Shown here: positions 23,767-33,105 of the stretch, piece by piece
Layout of the letters: each line of letters begins with the position of its first letter
How positions within the stretch are numbered: the first letter of the stretch is position 1
Assembly (NCBI GenBank): GCA_020637055.1
Contig: JACJWR010000003.1
Span: 393,550-457,549 of the forward strand
Source: Actinomycetota bacterium
GTDB lineage: Bacteria; Actinomycetota; Actinomycetes; S36-B12; UBA10799
Reading direction: 5' to 3'
Length of the DNA stretch: 64,000 bases
Translations under genes and position numbers: made by a program
The notes under the pieces: model-generated
Told to the model about the DNA's origin: nothing
Seen by the model: only the letters and a program-made list of their open reading frames with translations
The model's database searches: none

Positions 23767-25089
23767 TCACCATCCGACTGCGAGCATCTCCTGCACTCGG
23801 ATCGCCGTCTGCTCAGCGGCATCGGGCGGCACAGGTGTCGCCACACCCACCCGCTGTTGCCAGCGTTGCAGCGCGATGACACGCGCCGCGGCCTCCTCGG
23901 CGCGTGTGCGGGGGAGCTCGCCGCTGGCGATGGCGTTCGCGACCTGTTCGTGCGCCACCCTGGTGTCAGCGGGCATCAACAGCAGATCGGCGCCGGCGTT
24001 CAGCGCAGTGACCGACGGACTCGGGTCGGCCATCACAGCACCCATCCCCAACGAGTCGGTGATGGCCACGCCTTCGAAGCCGTAGTCGCCGCGGAGCAAG
24101 TCGTAGGTCTGCGGCGCCAGGCTGCTCGGCACGCCCGGTGCCAGTGCGGTGACGTCGAGGTGACCCACCATCACGGCGGGGGCTCCGGCGTCGATGGCGA
24201 CGTCGAAGGGGCGAAGATCCGTGGCCTGCAGTTCGCCCAGACTCTCGGTCAACGTGGGAAGTGTCTGGTGGCTGTCCTCGGTGGCTGCGCCGTGGCCGGG
24301 GAAGTGCTTGACAGTGGAGACGATGCCGGCATCGCGATACCCCCGGATCGCGGCCACCGCGGTGAGGCCAGCAATGCCGGGGTCGGTGGAGGGGGAGCGG
24401 CTGCCGATCGTCGGATCCGCGCTGCCGATGGTGACATCGGCCACCGGGGCGAAGACCCAGGTGAAGCCCAGATCGCGCAGCTCGAGGGCGGCCGCGGTCA
24501 TCGCCGCCTGCACCGCCTGGGCGCCTGCGCCACCGGTGCTCACGGCGCGACCTGCCTCGGCGAACGCGGGGAGTTCGGTGGTGACCCCGCTCAAATGGGA
24601 AACCGCGCCGCCTTCCTGGTCCACTCCGATCACCGGCGGGAAGTCCCGTCCGGATGTGGCGAATGCGGCGATCACCGCCTCGTTCACAGCTCGGACTTGA
24701 CCCTCGTCGACGATGTTCGCCCCGGTGAGCTGCACACCTGCCAGATTGAGATCGGAGACCATCGAGGCAGCCTCGGCCGGGTCCGTTCCTTGCCAGCGGC
24801 CGACGATCACTTGCCCGGCGAGTTGCTCCGGCGTCCAGGAGGCCACCAGTGACCTGGCGTCGTCGAGTTCGCCCAGGGTCGGACCCCAGGCGGTGGGGGT
24901 GTCCGGGTCGGGCTGGCTCGGGGTAGGGGAGGTCTCTGCGGCAGGAGGCTGGGTGGTGGCGCCCTCGGTGCCCGTGGTCGTTGCGCCGGTGGCGGATCCG
25001 CAGGAGGTGAGGGCGAGCGCAGCCACCGCGCAAACCGCGGCGATCGCCCCGATCCGACGACGCGGTTCGGTGCGGTGTCGGGAGGTCAC
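23767..25089 (-). CDS. glycoside hydrolase family 3 (NagZ-like beta-N-acetylhexosaminidase) lipoprotein
   Basis: It has the lipobox LTSCGS, the motif GVDQEGG.VSHL, and KHFPGHGAATEDSH. Confidence 0.8.
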   Translation of the reverse strand: MTSRHRTEPRRRIGAIAAVCAVAALALTSCGSATGATTTGTEGATTQPPAAETSPTPSQPDPDTPTAWGPTLGELDDARSLVASWTPEQLAGQVIVGRWQGTDPAEAASMVSDLNLAGVQLTGANIVDEGQVRAVNEAVIAAFATSGRDFPPVIGVDQEGGAVSHLSGVTTELPAFAEAGRAVSTGGAGAQAVQAAMTAAALELRDLGFTWVFAPVADVTIGSADPTIGSRSPSTDPGIAGLTAVAAIRGYRDAGIVSTVKHFPGHGAATEDSHQTLPTLTESLGELQATDLRPFDVAIDAGAPAVMVGHLDVTALAPGVPSSLAPQTYDLLRGDYGFEGVAITDSLGMGAVMADPSPSVTALNAGADLLLMPADTRVAHEQVANAIASGELPRTRAEEAAARVIALQRWQQRVGVATPVPPDAAEQTAIRVQEMLAVGW

Positions 25090-25157
25090 CGGCGTGATTC
25101 TACCCTCGGCGCCAGAGCCTGCTTTCCACCGAGCGTGGCGCGGCCTACACTTGTGTC

Positions 25158-25394
25158 ATGTCTCAAGTACGCGTCGAATCCGCAGATCGTTCCTGGACGA
25201 CCACCAAGGTCGTGGCCGTCATCGTCGCCATCCTCACCGCCGGCTACATGCTCCCCTGGGCGATCGCGGCCGTGCGCGACGTGCCGCACTGGTCGGTGTT
25301 CTGGGTCAACTTGCTGCTGGGTTGGACCATCGTGGGTTGGATCATCGCGCTGGTCATGTCGCTGCGGGCGCAGCGGCAAGTGATCGTGGGCTAG
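25158..25394 (+). CDS. superinfection-immunity (Imm)-family small membrane protein
   Basis: 78 aa with two TM segments and the motifs YMLPWAIA and NLLLGWTIVGWIIALVM. Confidence 0.55.
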   Translation: MSQVRVESADRSWTTTKVVAVIVAILTAGYMLPWAIAAVRDVPHWSVFWVNLLLGWTIVGWIIALVMSLRAQRQVIVG

Positions 25395-26440
25395 GGCGTC
25401 GGCCTCCCGGCCGAGCCGACACCTCGGGTGTAGACCTGGGCCTGCGGGCGGGAGGACTCCCGGTAGGTGCTGGTGCCGCGGCGACGTGCCAGCACGACCA
25501 AGGCGTCTTTCAATGTCCTCGTGATCGTTGAACTGCTGACCGTCGAACCCGCCATCCGCTCCTTCAACTCCACCGGTGCGGCGACCGCAGTGGTGTAGCC
25601 CGCCGTCGAGGCCGCCACGAACAACTCCAGGTCGAACGCGAACCGGGTCTCACGCAGGCGGGGGAGAACGTCGGCCAGAACCTCCCGGCGCAGCAACTTG
25701 CAGCCGGTCTGGGTGTCGTTGACGCCCAACGAGAACAGGGCGTCCACCAGGCTTGAGAAGCCCAGCGAGATCACCTTCCGGAACGGCGACGAGGCAGAGA
25801 TCGAGTCGCGGTGCTTCTTGTTCGCATACACCATGTCCGCCCCGGTCTCCCGGCCCACCTTGAGGTAGTCGACCAGGTGCGCCGGGTCGATGTCCCCGTC
25901 CGAGTCCACGAAACCCACCCACGAACCCCGGGCTCGCGAGAAGCCGGCGTGCAGCGCACCCCCCTTGCCCCGGTTCGCCGGCAACTCGATGATCCTGACC
26001 TCGGGCCCAGCACCCTCCAGGGTGGCCATGGAGCCGTCGGTCGAACCGTCGGAGACGACGATGAGTTCGAATCCGATACCTTCGGCGCGCATCACGTCGA
26101 CGCAGCGATCGACAGCCGGGCGGAGCGCGTCGCCCGGGTTGTAGGCCGGCATCACGACGCTGATCTCGATCTCCCGGTTCGCCGGCATCCACAGTCGGGA
26201 GGATTCGGTCCAGACGTCACGGCTGGGCTCGGGACGATCTTTGAGCAGCATCTTGCCCACGAGGAACGCGGGCGTGACCGCCGCCTCCCGCACCCTGTCG
26301 ACGATCCGCCCGGAGGTGCGTGCCTCGGGTCTGTGCGCGGCCTGACTCATGCTCTCTACATTAGGCACTCGGGGGTCAAGATGGCGCGGGACTTCCGGCA
26401 GGTCCTCGTCGGTCGAAGGTTGCACCGTTCGGGGGGCCAT
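25391..26440 (-). CDS. family 2 glycosyltransferase
   Basis: Motifs ISVVMPAYNPG and VVSDGSTDGS, plus DSDGD. An alternative start is ATG 26350. Confidence 0.75.
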   Translation of the reverse strand: MAPRTVQPSTDEDLPEVPRHLDPRVPNVESMSQAAHRPEARTSGRIVDRVREAAVTPAFLVGKMLLKDRPEPSRDVWTESSRLWMPANREIEISVVMPAYNPGDALRPAVDRCVDVMRAEGIGFELIVVSDGSTDGSMATLEGAGPEVRIIELPANRGKGGALHAGFSRARGSWVGFVDSDGDIDPAHLVDYLKVGRETGADMVYANKKHRDSISASSPFRKVISLGFSSLVDALFSLGVNDTQTGCKLLRREVLADVLPRLRETRFAFDLELFVAASTAGYTTAVAAPVELKERMAGSTVSSSTITRTLKDALVVLARRRGTSTYRESSRPQAQVYTRGVGSAGRPTP

Positions 26441-26469
26441 GGTTCGGTGCGTGCTCCTACGATGGGCTG

Positions 26470-27390
26470 GTGAACCTCCCAGATGCCCCAGCCACCTCCA
26501 CGTCGCGCATCTTGATCATTGACGACGACCCGGTGTTGACCAGGCTTTTCAGTGGCATCCTGGCCGATGTGGGCGAGGTTTCCGTGGCCCATACCGGCGC
26601 CGAAGGTCTGGCGTTGGCCAAGTCGGGGGCCCCCGACCTCATCCTCCTCGACGTCGCGATGCCGGGCAATGACGGCTTCGACACCATCAGCGAATTGAAA
26701 CTCGACCCTGCGGTGAGGCACATTCCGGTGATCTTCATCACGGGCGAAGTGATCCCGGAGATCGAGTCTCACTGCCTGGAGGCCGGCGGCGCGGACTACA
26801 TCGCCAAGCCCGTGAACCCGCGGGTGCTCAAGGCCCGGGTGCGCACCCATCTGTTGCTCAAGCAGCAGGCCGACCAGCTCGCCGACCTCGCCATCCGGGA
26901 CGCGCTCACCAACGCCCTGAGCCGGGGCGTGTTCGACGAACTGTTGGACGCGGAGTGCCGCCGCGCTGCATGGAAGCAGCGTCCGATCAGCCTGGTCATG
27001 GTCGATGTCGACGACTTCGCCCGATACAACGAGACGTACGGCAGCGTGGCGGGCGACGACGTCTTGGTCGCCGTGCATCGGACGTTGGCGGAACTCGCAC
27101 ACAACCCCGGCGACGTCATCGCGCGCGTCGCGGGAGACAGATTCGCGGTCATGCTGCCCGAGGCCGATGCACGCGCCGCCGCCGAGGTCGCCGGCCGGAT
27201 CTGTGGGGCCGTGCGGCGGCTGGATCTGCGCAACAGCAACGCCCGGGCGGCGGACGTCGTGACGGTGAGTGTGGGTGCTGTGAGTTCCGCAGGGCCGATC
27301 TCAGCCTCGGCATTGTCCGCCGCCGCCGGCGCCGAGTTGGATCGGGCCAAGCGCGCGGGGCGGAACCGGGTGTCGACCCGGGTCGGCTAG
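26470..27390 (+). CDS. response regulator receiver + GGDEF-type domain (degenerate AGDRF motif)
   Basis: The REC domain reads ILIIDDDP...DLILLDVAMPGNDGF...PVIFITG. The GGDEF domain reads DALTNALSRG...VMVDVDDFARYNETYG, with VAGDRFAVML at 27130-27144. Confidence 0.8.
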   Translation: MNLPDAPATSTSRILIIDDDPVLTRLFSGILADVGEVSVAHTGAEGLALAKSGAPDLILLDVAMPGNDGFDTISELKLDPAVRHIPVIFITGEVIPEIESHCLEAGGADYIAKPVNPRVLKARVRTHLLLKQQADQLADLAIRDALTNALSRGVFDELLDAECRRAAWKQRPISLVMVDVDDFARYNETYGSVAGDDVLVAVHRTLAELAHNPGDVIARVAGDRFAVMLPEADARAAAEVAGRICGAVRRLDLRNSNARAADVVTVSVGAVSSAGPISASALSAAAGAELDRAKRAGRNRVSTRVG

Positions 27391-27400
27391 CGACCTGCCG

Positions 27401-28258
27401 TTAGGAGCCGAACCGTTCCTCGGCGATGCTGTTGCCGCCGTCGACCACCAGGCACTGGCCGGTGACGTAGGAGGCGGCGGGAGTGCACAACCAGGCGATC
27501 GCGGAGGCCACCTCAAGCGGCGTGCCGCTGCGTCCCAGCGGAGTCGCACGCCCGGCGACCTCCTCAGCGGCGGTTTGCGAGCCGGTGGCGATCCATCCCG
27601 GCGCCACAGCGTTCACCGTGATCCGGTCGGCGGCGCCGTCGATGGCAAGGGCCCGGGTGAGCCCGACCAGGCCGGCTTTGGCCGCGGCGTAGACGGGTTC
27701 GTCCCGCATCGCCATCACCGGGCCGGTGACGCTGGCGACATTCACCACCCGGGCGGTACCGGCACGGGCGTTGCGCAGGTGAGGCCACGCCGCCTTGGTG
27801 GTGAGGAATGCGGTATCGAGGTTGCGCGCCAGCCCCGAGCGCCAGGTGGCGTAGTCCATGCCCGATAACGCACCTGCTTCGAAATCGCCCCCGACGCTGA
27901 CCATCCCGGCGTTGTTGACCAGCAGCGTGAGAGCGCCATGCGCGGAGACGACGTCATCCACGACGCGTCGCACCTGACTTTCGTCGCGCAGGTCCGCGAT
28001 GTGACCGCTGTGCTGGGCACCGGCGGTAGTCGGCAACGAGGCGGCCCGGGCGTGGATGCGGTCGGTGGTGGCGGCGACGGCGACCGACGCCCCGAGGTCC
28101 GCGAGCAGGGCAGCGGTTGCGAAGCCGATGCCGGTCGGTGAGCCGGCCCCGGTTACCAGGGCGACGTGCCCGGTCAAGTCCCAACTCGCAGGCAGCGTCG
28201 ATGGCTCCTGGCGGTCACCAGGGGACGGCTGGGCGGGATCGGAATTCACGGCGAGCAC
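27401..28258 (-). CDS. SDR-family oxidoreductase
   Basis: It has the [10 protein letters not shown] Rossmann motif, NNAG, and YAAAK catalytic residues. Confidence 0.8.
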   Translation of the reverse strand: MLAVNSDPAQPSPGDRQEPSTLPASWDLTGHVALVTGAGSPTGIGFATAALLADLGASVAVAATTDRIHARAASLPTTAGAQHSGHIADLRDESQVRRVVDDVVSAHGALTLLVNNAGMVSVGGDFEAGALSGMDYATWRSGLARNLDTAFLTTKAAWPHLRNARAGTARVVNVASVTGPVMAMRDEPVYAAAKAGLVGLTRALAIDGAADRITVNAVAPGWIATGSQTAAEEVAGRATPLGRSGTPLEVASAIAWLCTPAASYVTGQCLVVDGGNSIAEERFGS

Positions 28259-28293
28259 CTCTTGTATGTGTCGGATAGGTCACCGCAGGTTGT

Positions 28294-30579
28294 GTGCGGC
28301 TGACGGGCCGCGTCACCCTCGGCGTACCGTTGGGCTTGGTCTGCGCAGTGAGGAGGAGTCGGGGGCCATTGAGTCACACCATTATTCGCCCTGAGTTCGC
28401 CCGGCCCGAGCAACCGCGCCCAGTCCGGCGCACTCTGCGGGCCGACATCCAAGGCTTGCGTGCCCTCGCCGTACTGCTGGTATTCGCCAACCACCTGTGG
28501 GGTTGGCCGCGCGGCGGCTACATCGGGGTGGACGTCTTCTTCGTTATCTCCGGCTACCTCATCACCGGCCTGCTCATCCGGGAGCGTCGGAACACCGGGC
28601 GGATCTCCTTCCGGGAGTTCTACGCCCGGCGGATGCGTCGCATCTTCCCCATGGCGACCCTCGTCCTCGCGGTGACCGTGGGACTCGGCTACGCGCTGCT
28701 CTTCGCCTCCGAAGCCCAACAGACCCTCTGGGATGCGCTGTGGGCTTTCGTGTTCCTCGAGAACTGGCACCTGATCAGCGTCGGCACGGACTACTTCCAC
28801 GCCGCCGATGGGGTCTCGGCCGTGCAGCAGTACTGGTCGCTCTCAGTGGAGGAGCAGTTCTACCTGGTGTGGCCGGCGCTGCTGGTCGGGCTGTGGTGGC
28901 TGGCGCGCCGGTTGCCGGCGAGTTGGCGCCCGCTCCGGATGAGCCGTCGGCTGCCGGTGGCGGTGTTGGCTGCCGCCACGCTGGCATCCTTCGGCTGGGC
29001 GTTGTGGCAGACCGGCCAGGATCCGACCGTCGCCTACTTCTCGTCCGCCACCCGGATGTGGGAACTCGGAGTCGGTGCCCTGCTGGCCTTCGTCGCACCT
29101 GCATTCGTCCGGCTGACGCCGGGAGTTCAATGGATCGCGGCCCGGCTCGGTCTGGTCCTCATCGCGGCTGCCGCGCTACTTCTCACCGAGACGTCGGCCT
29201 TCCCCGGACCGTGGGCGCTGCTTCCCGTGCTGGGCGCAACACTGGTGGTTGTAGCGGGGATCCCGACGTCCGGTCCCGACGTGGGCCTGCTCACGAATCC
29301 TGTCGCCGGGTACATCGGCAAGATCTCGTATTCGCTCTACCTCTGGCATTTTCCGATCATCGTCTTCGCGCTGGTGCTCGCACCGCCTTCGCCTGCGCTG
29401 TCGGCAGCGGTGATCGCGCTTACCTTCGGACTGTCCGCATTGTCCTACCGATTCGTCGAACAGCCCGTGCGACGGTCGACTTGGCTGTCTAAACGGATCA
29501 CTCCACGCACCCAGACGACGTGGCGGGCACATCTGCGTCGGGCGGCGACGCTCGGCGCCGTACTCATGCTCTGTGCGACCCTGGTGACCCTCACCTGGCA
29601 CAACGCGAACGCCCGGCTGCGCACGACTGCCGCCGCGGTGCCGGAGGAGTCCGCAGCGGCGGTGGCCGACCTGCGCAAACCTCCGGGCGAAGCCGCTGCC
29701 GGAGGCGGGTTCACCGTTGAGTTCCCGGACGAACAGGGGATTCACCAAGCCCACCTGCGCGCCTCGCTGGCGGCGACGGAGTGGCCGGAACTGCAGATCG
29801 GCGACGATTGGGACGACTGGTCGCTGAACGTGAATTCCGGTGCGTGCAGCAGCGGCTTCGGAGAAGCGCGCTTCTGCACCTTCGGCGATCCCGGTGCCGA
29901 GAAGAGGGCCGTGCTGTTCGGTGATTCGAATGCCGCCGCGTGGTTCTCCGCGCTCAGACCGACGTTCGAGCGGCAGGGGTACTACGTGGAGGTCTACTAC
30001 CTGGTCGGCTGCACGGCGGCCGATGTGCCCATCCACGAACACCAGGTAGGTGCACCGCGCAACCAGAACTGTGAGGACTTCCGTGCCGACGTGGTTGGCC
30101 GGGTGGCAGACCTGGCCCCGGATCTGACCATCGTCACAAGCTTCTGGCGGCAGGCCGAACTCGCGATGAGTGGGATTACCGGCCCGGAGGCCGAAAACGA
30201 GTGGCGCGACGGTACGGTCCGCACGCTGGAGGCGCTGAGTCCGCACACCTCGAATCTGGTGGTGCTGGACAGTCCGCCAGGTTCGGAGTCGATCAAGAAG
30301 TGCAAGACCGCCGGGTCAGTCCCGACCGATTGCCAGCGGGCGGTGCCGGAGTTGGCCGTGACCGTGTCCCGGCTCAACTCTGAGGCGGTTGCCAGGGTCA
30401 ACCAGGCCGCACCGCCGGGGAACGTGCGCCACCAGGGGGTCGAGCAGTGGTTCTGCGTGGACGGTACCTGCCCCGCTCTGCTGGGGGACCTGCCGATCTA
30501 CACCGACGGGATCCATATCTCCCCGATCTTCGCCCTCTACCTCGTCCCGTTGGTGGCCCCGAGCATCGTCGGGGAGTAA
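28294..30579 (+). CDS. acyltransferase-3 membrane domain fused to a C-terminal SGNH-like domain (OafA/YrhL type)
   Basis: LRALAVLLVFANHL...GGYIGVDVFFVISGYLIT, about 10 TM segments, then the soluble tail FGDSNAAAW. The start is uncertain. Confidence 0.8.
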   Translation: MRLTGRVTLGVPLGLVCAVRRSRGPLSHTIIRPEFARPEQPRPVRRTLRADIQGLRALAVLLVFANHLWGWPRGGYIGVDVFFVISGYLITGLLIRERRNTGRISFREFYARRMRRIFPMATLVLAVTVGLGYALLFASEAQQTLWDALWAFVFLENWHLISVGTDYFHAADGVSAVQQYWSLSVEEQFYLVWPALLVGLWWLARRLPASWRPLRMSRRLPVAVLAAATLASFGWALWQTGQDPTVAYFSSATRMWELGVGALLAFVAPAFVRLTPGVQWIAARLGLVLIAAAALLLTETSAFPGPWALLPVLGATLVVVAGIPTSGPDVGLLTNPVAGYIGKISYSLYLWHFPIIVFALVLAPPSPALSAAVIALTFGLSALSYRFVEQPVRRSTWLSKRITPRTQTTWRAHLRRAATLGAVLMLCATLVTLTWHNANARLRTTAAAVPEESAAAVADLRKPPGEAAAGGGFTVEFPDEQGIHQAHLRASLAATEWPELQIGDDWDDWSLNVNSGACSSGFGEARFCTFGDPGAEKRAVLFGDSNAAAWFSALRPTFERQGYYVEVYYLVGCTAADVPIHEHQVGAPRNQNCEDFRADVVGRVADLAPDLTIVTSFWRQAELAMSGITGPEAENEWRDGTVRTLEALSPHTSNLVVLDSPPGSESIKKCKTAGSVPTDCQRAVPELAVTVSRLNSEAVARVNQAAPPGNVRHQGVEQWFCVDGTCPALLGDLPIYTDGIHISPIFALYLVPLVAPSIVGE

Positions 30580-30591
30580 GCGGCGGCTTGC

Positions 30592-31782
30592 CTAGCCGAT
30601 CTTGAGCGCACACTCCCACGGCCGCCAGCCGGCCCGTTGCCAATACGTCCACGCCACGTAGTCCTGCTGCGCCTTGGTCGCCTGGTGGGGGTATTCGGCG
30701 AACTGGCCGCCGCCGTTGTCGTGCCAGGACGGGTAGTCGAATTGCCAGGCGCCGTAGTAGCCGTTGCCGGTGTTGATCGAGTAGTTCCCGCTGGATTCGC
30801 ACATCTTGATGGCCTGCGAGTAGGCGCTGTCCGCCCAGGCCGAGACATCGCTCGGCGCACCGCCGGACTGCGGTGCAGCTGCCGGGGCCTGCTGCGGCGC
30901 TGGGGTCCATTGCGGGGCCGCCGCGGCTGCCGCAGCCTGGGCAGCCGCAGCCTGGGCAGCTGCCTCGGACTGTGCCGCCTGCCATTGCCATTGCTGCACC
31001 ACCGCGGCGGCGATGCCAGCTTGCCGGGCCTGCTCCGCGGCCGCGGCCTCTGCTTCAGCCTGACGTCTGGCGGCCTCGGCCGCAGCCCGCGCTTCTGCCT
31101 CGGCGCGGGCCCTGGCTGCTTCTTGCTCGGCGGCAATCCGGGCTGCCTCCCGGGCTGCCGCGATCGCCTCGGCGATGCGCTTGCGCTCCTCCTCCTTCAG
31201 TCGTGCCAACTCCGCGGAGGCTTCGTCGAGTGCCGCCCGGGACGCATCCCTGGCCGCCTCCAGTTCCGCTGCGACGCGGGCGCGTTCGTTGCGCTCCGCA
31301 GCCACGGCAGCCTCGGCGTCGGCGACTGCTTGGGCGGCTGCAGCGGCCCGATCCACCACGGTGCTTTGGTTCGCGCCGGCGGCTGCCACGCGTTCCAGGC
31401 TGTCGAGGAAAGCGTCCGGATCTTCGAGCGCGAAGCCGGCCGTGGCGTTGTCCATGCCACCGTTGACGTAGACCTGCCTGGCGATTCCGGACATCGCCTG
31501 CCGCTGCGAGTCGAGCGCGCGGTTGGCCTCGGAGAGTTGGGCGGTGAGTTCGTCCAGTCGCGCTTGCACGGCGGCGAGTTCCTGGCGCGCAGCCACAGCC
31601 CGGTCCGACGCCTCCAGGCTCTGCGCTTCGAGCGCCTCGACCCGGGCTTGCACCGCTTCGATCTGCTGGCTGTCCGCGACGGCCGGGGAGGTGCCCGACA
31701 CCCCTACTGCCACCGCCGTCAGGCAGAGGGCCGCGCCGAACTTGGGAAGGTGCCGATGACGTCTGTCTGGCTGGTTCCGCAT
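30592..31782 (-). CDS. secreted coiled-coil protein with a C-terminal Rpf-type transglycosylase-like domain
   Basis: It has a signal peptide, a long Ala/Glu/Arg coiled coil, and C-terminal CESSGNYSINTGNGYYGAWQFDYPSW...GWRPWEC. Confidence 0.75.
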   Translation of the reverse strand: MRNQPDRRHRHLPKFGAALCLTAVAVGVSGTSPAVADSQQIEAVQARVEALEAQSLEASDRAVAARQELAAVQARLDELTAQLSEANRALDSQRQAMSGIARQVYVNGGMDNATAGFALEDPDAFLDSLERVAAAGANQSTVVDRAAAAAQAVADAEAAVAAERNERARVAAELEAARDASRAALDEASAELARLKEEERKRIAEAIAAAREAARIAAEQEAARARAEAEARAAAEAARRQAEAEAAAAEQARQAGIAAAVVQQWQWQAAQSEAAAQAAAAQAAAAAAAPQWTPAPQQAPAAAPQSGGAPSDVSAWADSAYSQAIKMCESSGNYSINTGNGYYGAWQFDYPSWHDNGGGQFAEYPHQATKAQQDYVAWTYWQRAGWRPWECALKIG

Positions 31783-32115
31783 AAGTTCTGCACCGTAGCG
31801 GCCCGATTGCGCTCCGCAGCGCAGACTCGCGGAGCAAACATCAGCAAAGGGGGTAAAGAACTTTACTCAAGAATGGCCGTAACTGTGACTCACATCACCC
31901 GAGTGGCCGAATCGCCCGACCGTTGCCTGGGTAGCGTTTCGGACATCACGAACCGACGGCCCCGGCCGCCCGTGATCTGCCGAGTCATCGACGCCGCACA
32001 TCTCCCGATGAGTGTTCCGGCTCGAGGTACCGGTTCCGAGTGCAAACCACTCGGAACTCAATCGGTGTCGCGCTTCTGGTGCTGACGCCGCGGGAGGCAG
32101 TCCGCAGGGAGAGTC

Positions 32116-33072
32116 ATGCGAAAGTCAATGTCGTACGCCATTCCGGTTGCCGCGCTCGCTGCCGGAGCCTCGCTGTTCAGCGCGGGTCCGGCGATGGCCG
32201 AGGAGGGTCCCGCCGCGGATTCCTCGCAGGCGGTGCCGGTCTCGTCGGCTCCGACTCAGACCGACCCCATTGACGTTGATGCAGTGCCCAGCGCGACTCC
32301 GGAGCCGGTTCCTGCGCCCGAGTCGGTCGTTGAGACTCCGGCCATCGTCGTAGAGACCCCCGTGGTTGCCGAGGCGCCGGTGGTTGCCGAAGTGCCCGTG
32401 GTCGCAGAGGCCCCCGCGGTCGTGGAGGTGCCGGTGGTTGCCGAGGCCCCGGTCGTCGCCGACGTGCCGGCGCAGCCGGCCGCCGCAGTGGTCGCCGCTG
32501 CCGAACCCGCCGCCGACCCAGCTGTCGCGGACGCCGACGCTGCGGCAGCCGATGCCGCAGCCCTCGCCGCCTACAACCAGGCCGTGCGGGAAGCTGTGGC
32601 CGCCAAGTGGCGCCAGGAAGCAGCCGACCGTGCTGCAGCGATCCGTGCGGCGGTGGCCGCGAAGTGGCGCTATGAGGCCGCCATCCGCGAGGCCGTAGCC
32701 GCGAAGTGGCGCTATGAGGCCGCCGTCCGCGCCGCGGTTGCGCAGAAGATGCGCGCCGAGGCCGCCTTCATCGCGGCGATCCAGGCCAACATGCGCGCCC
32801 GTGCTGCCGCCGCCAACCCATTCGCCGCGTCTGAGGCCTGGGCCAGTTCCGCCTTCGCGCAGAGCGTGATCCGCTGTGAGTCCGGCGGCAACTACTCGAT
32901 CAACACCGGAAACGGCTACTACGGCGCCTGGCAGTTCGACTACGGCACCTGGCTTGGCAACGGTGGCGGCCAGTTCGCCCCCTATGCCCACCTGGCCACC
33001 CCGGCCCAGCAGAACTACATCGCCTACCGCACCTGGCAGGCGCGTGGATGGCAGCCCTGGGCCTGCGCCTGA
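32116..33072 (+). CDS. secreted repeat protein with a C-terminal Rpf-type transglycosylase-like domain
   Basis: It has a signal peptide ending AMA, VVAEAP hexapeptide repeats, AVAAKWRYEAA repeats, and C-terminal CESGGNYSINTGNGYYGAWQFDYGTW...GWQPWAC. Confidence 0.75.
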   Translation: MRKSMSYAIPVAALAAGASLFSAGPAMAEEGPAADSSQAVPVSSAPTQTDPIDVDAVPSATPEPVPAPESVVETPAIVVETPVVAEAPVVAEVPVVAEAPAVVEVPVVAEAPVVADVPAQPAAAVVAAAEPAADPAVADADAAAADAAALAAYNQAVREAVAAKWRQEAADRAAAIRAAVAAKWRYEAAIREAVAAKWRYEAAVRAAVAQKMRAEAAFIAAIQANMRARAAAANPFAASEAWASSAFAQSVIRCESGGNYSINTGNGYYGAWQFDYGTWLGNGGGQFAPYAHLATPAQQNYIAYRTWQARGWQPWACA

Positions 33073-33105
33073 CGGTCCCAGTCGGGACGAGTCGACTCGG
33101 TTCGG

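Noticed and set aside
31783-32115. A ydaO / c-di-AMP riboswitch upstream of the Rpf-like genes
   Set aside because: It is expected from what is known of rpfA regulation. However, I could not find the conserved GGGGACCCA, GGGGUGAAUC or CAGCUAACCUCGUAAGCG segments on either strand. Only weak ccgaatc-like fragments are present. I kept the region as a finding for unexplained structure, not as a riboswitch call.
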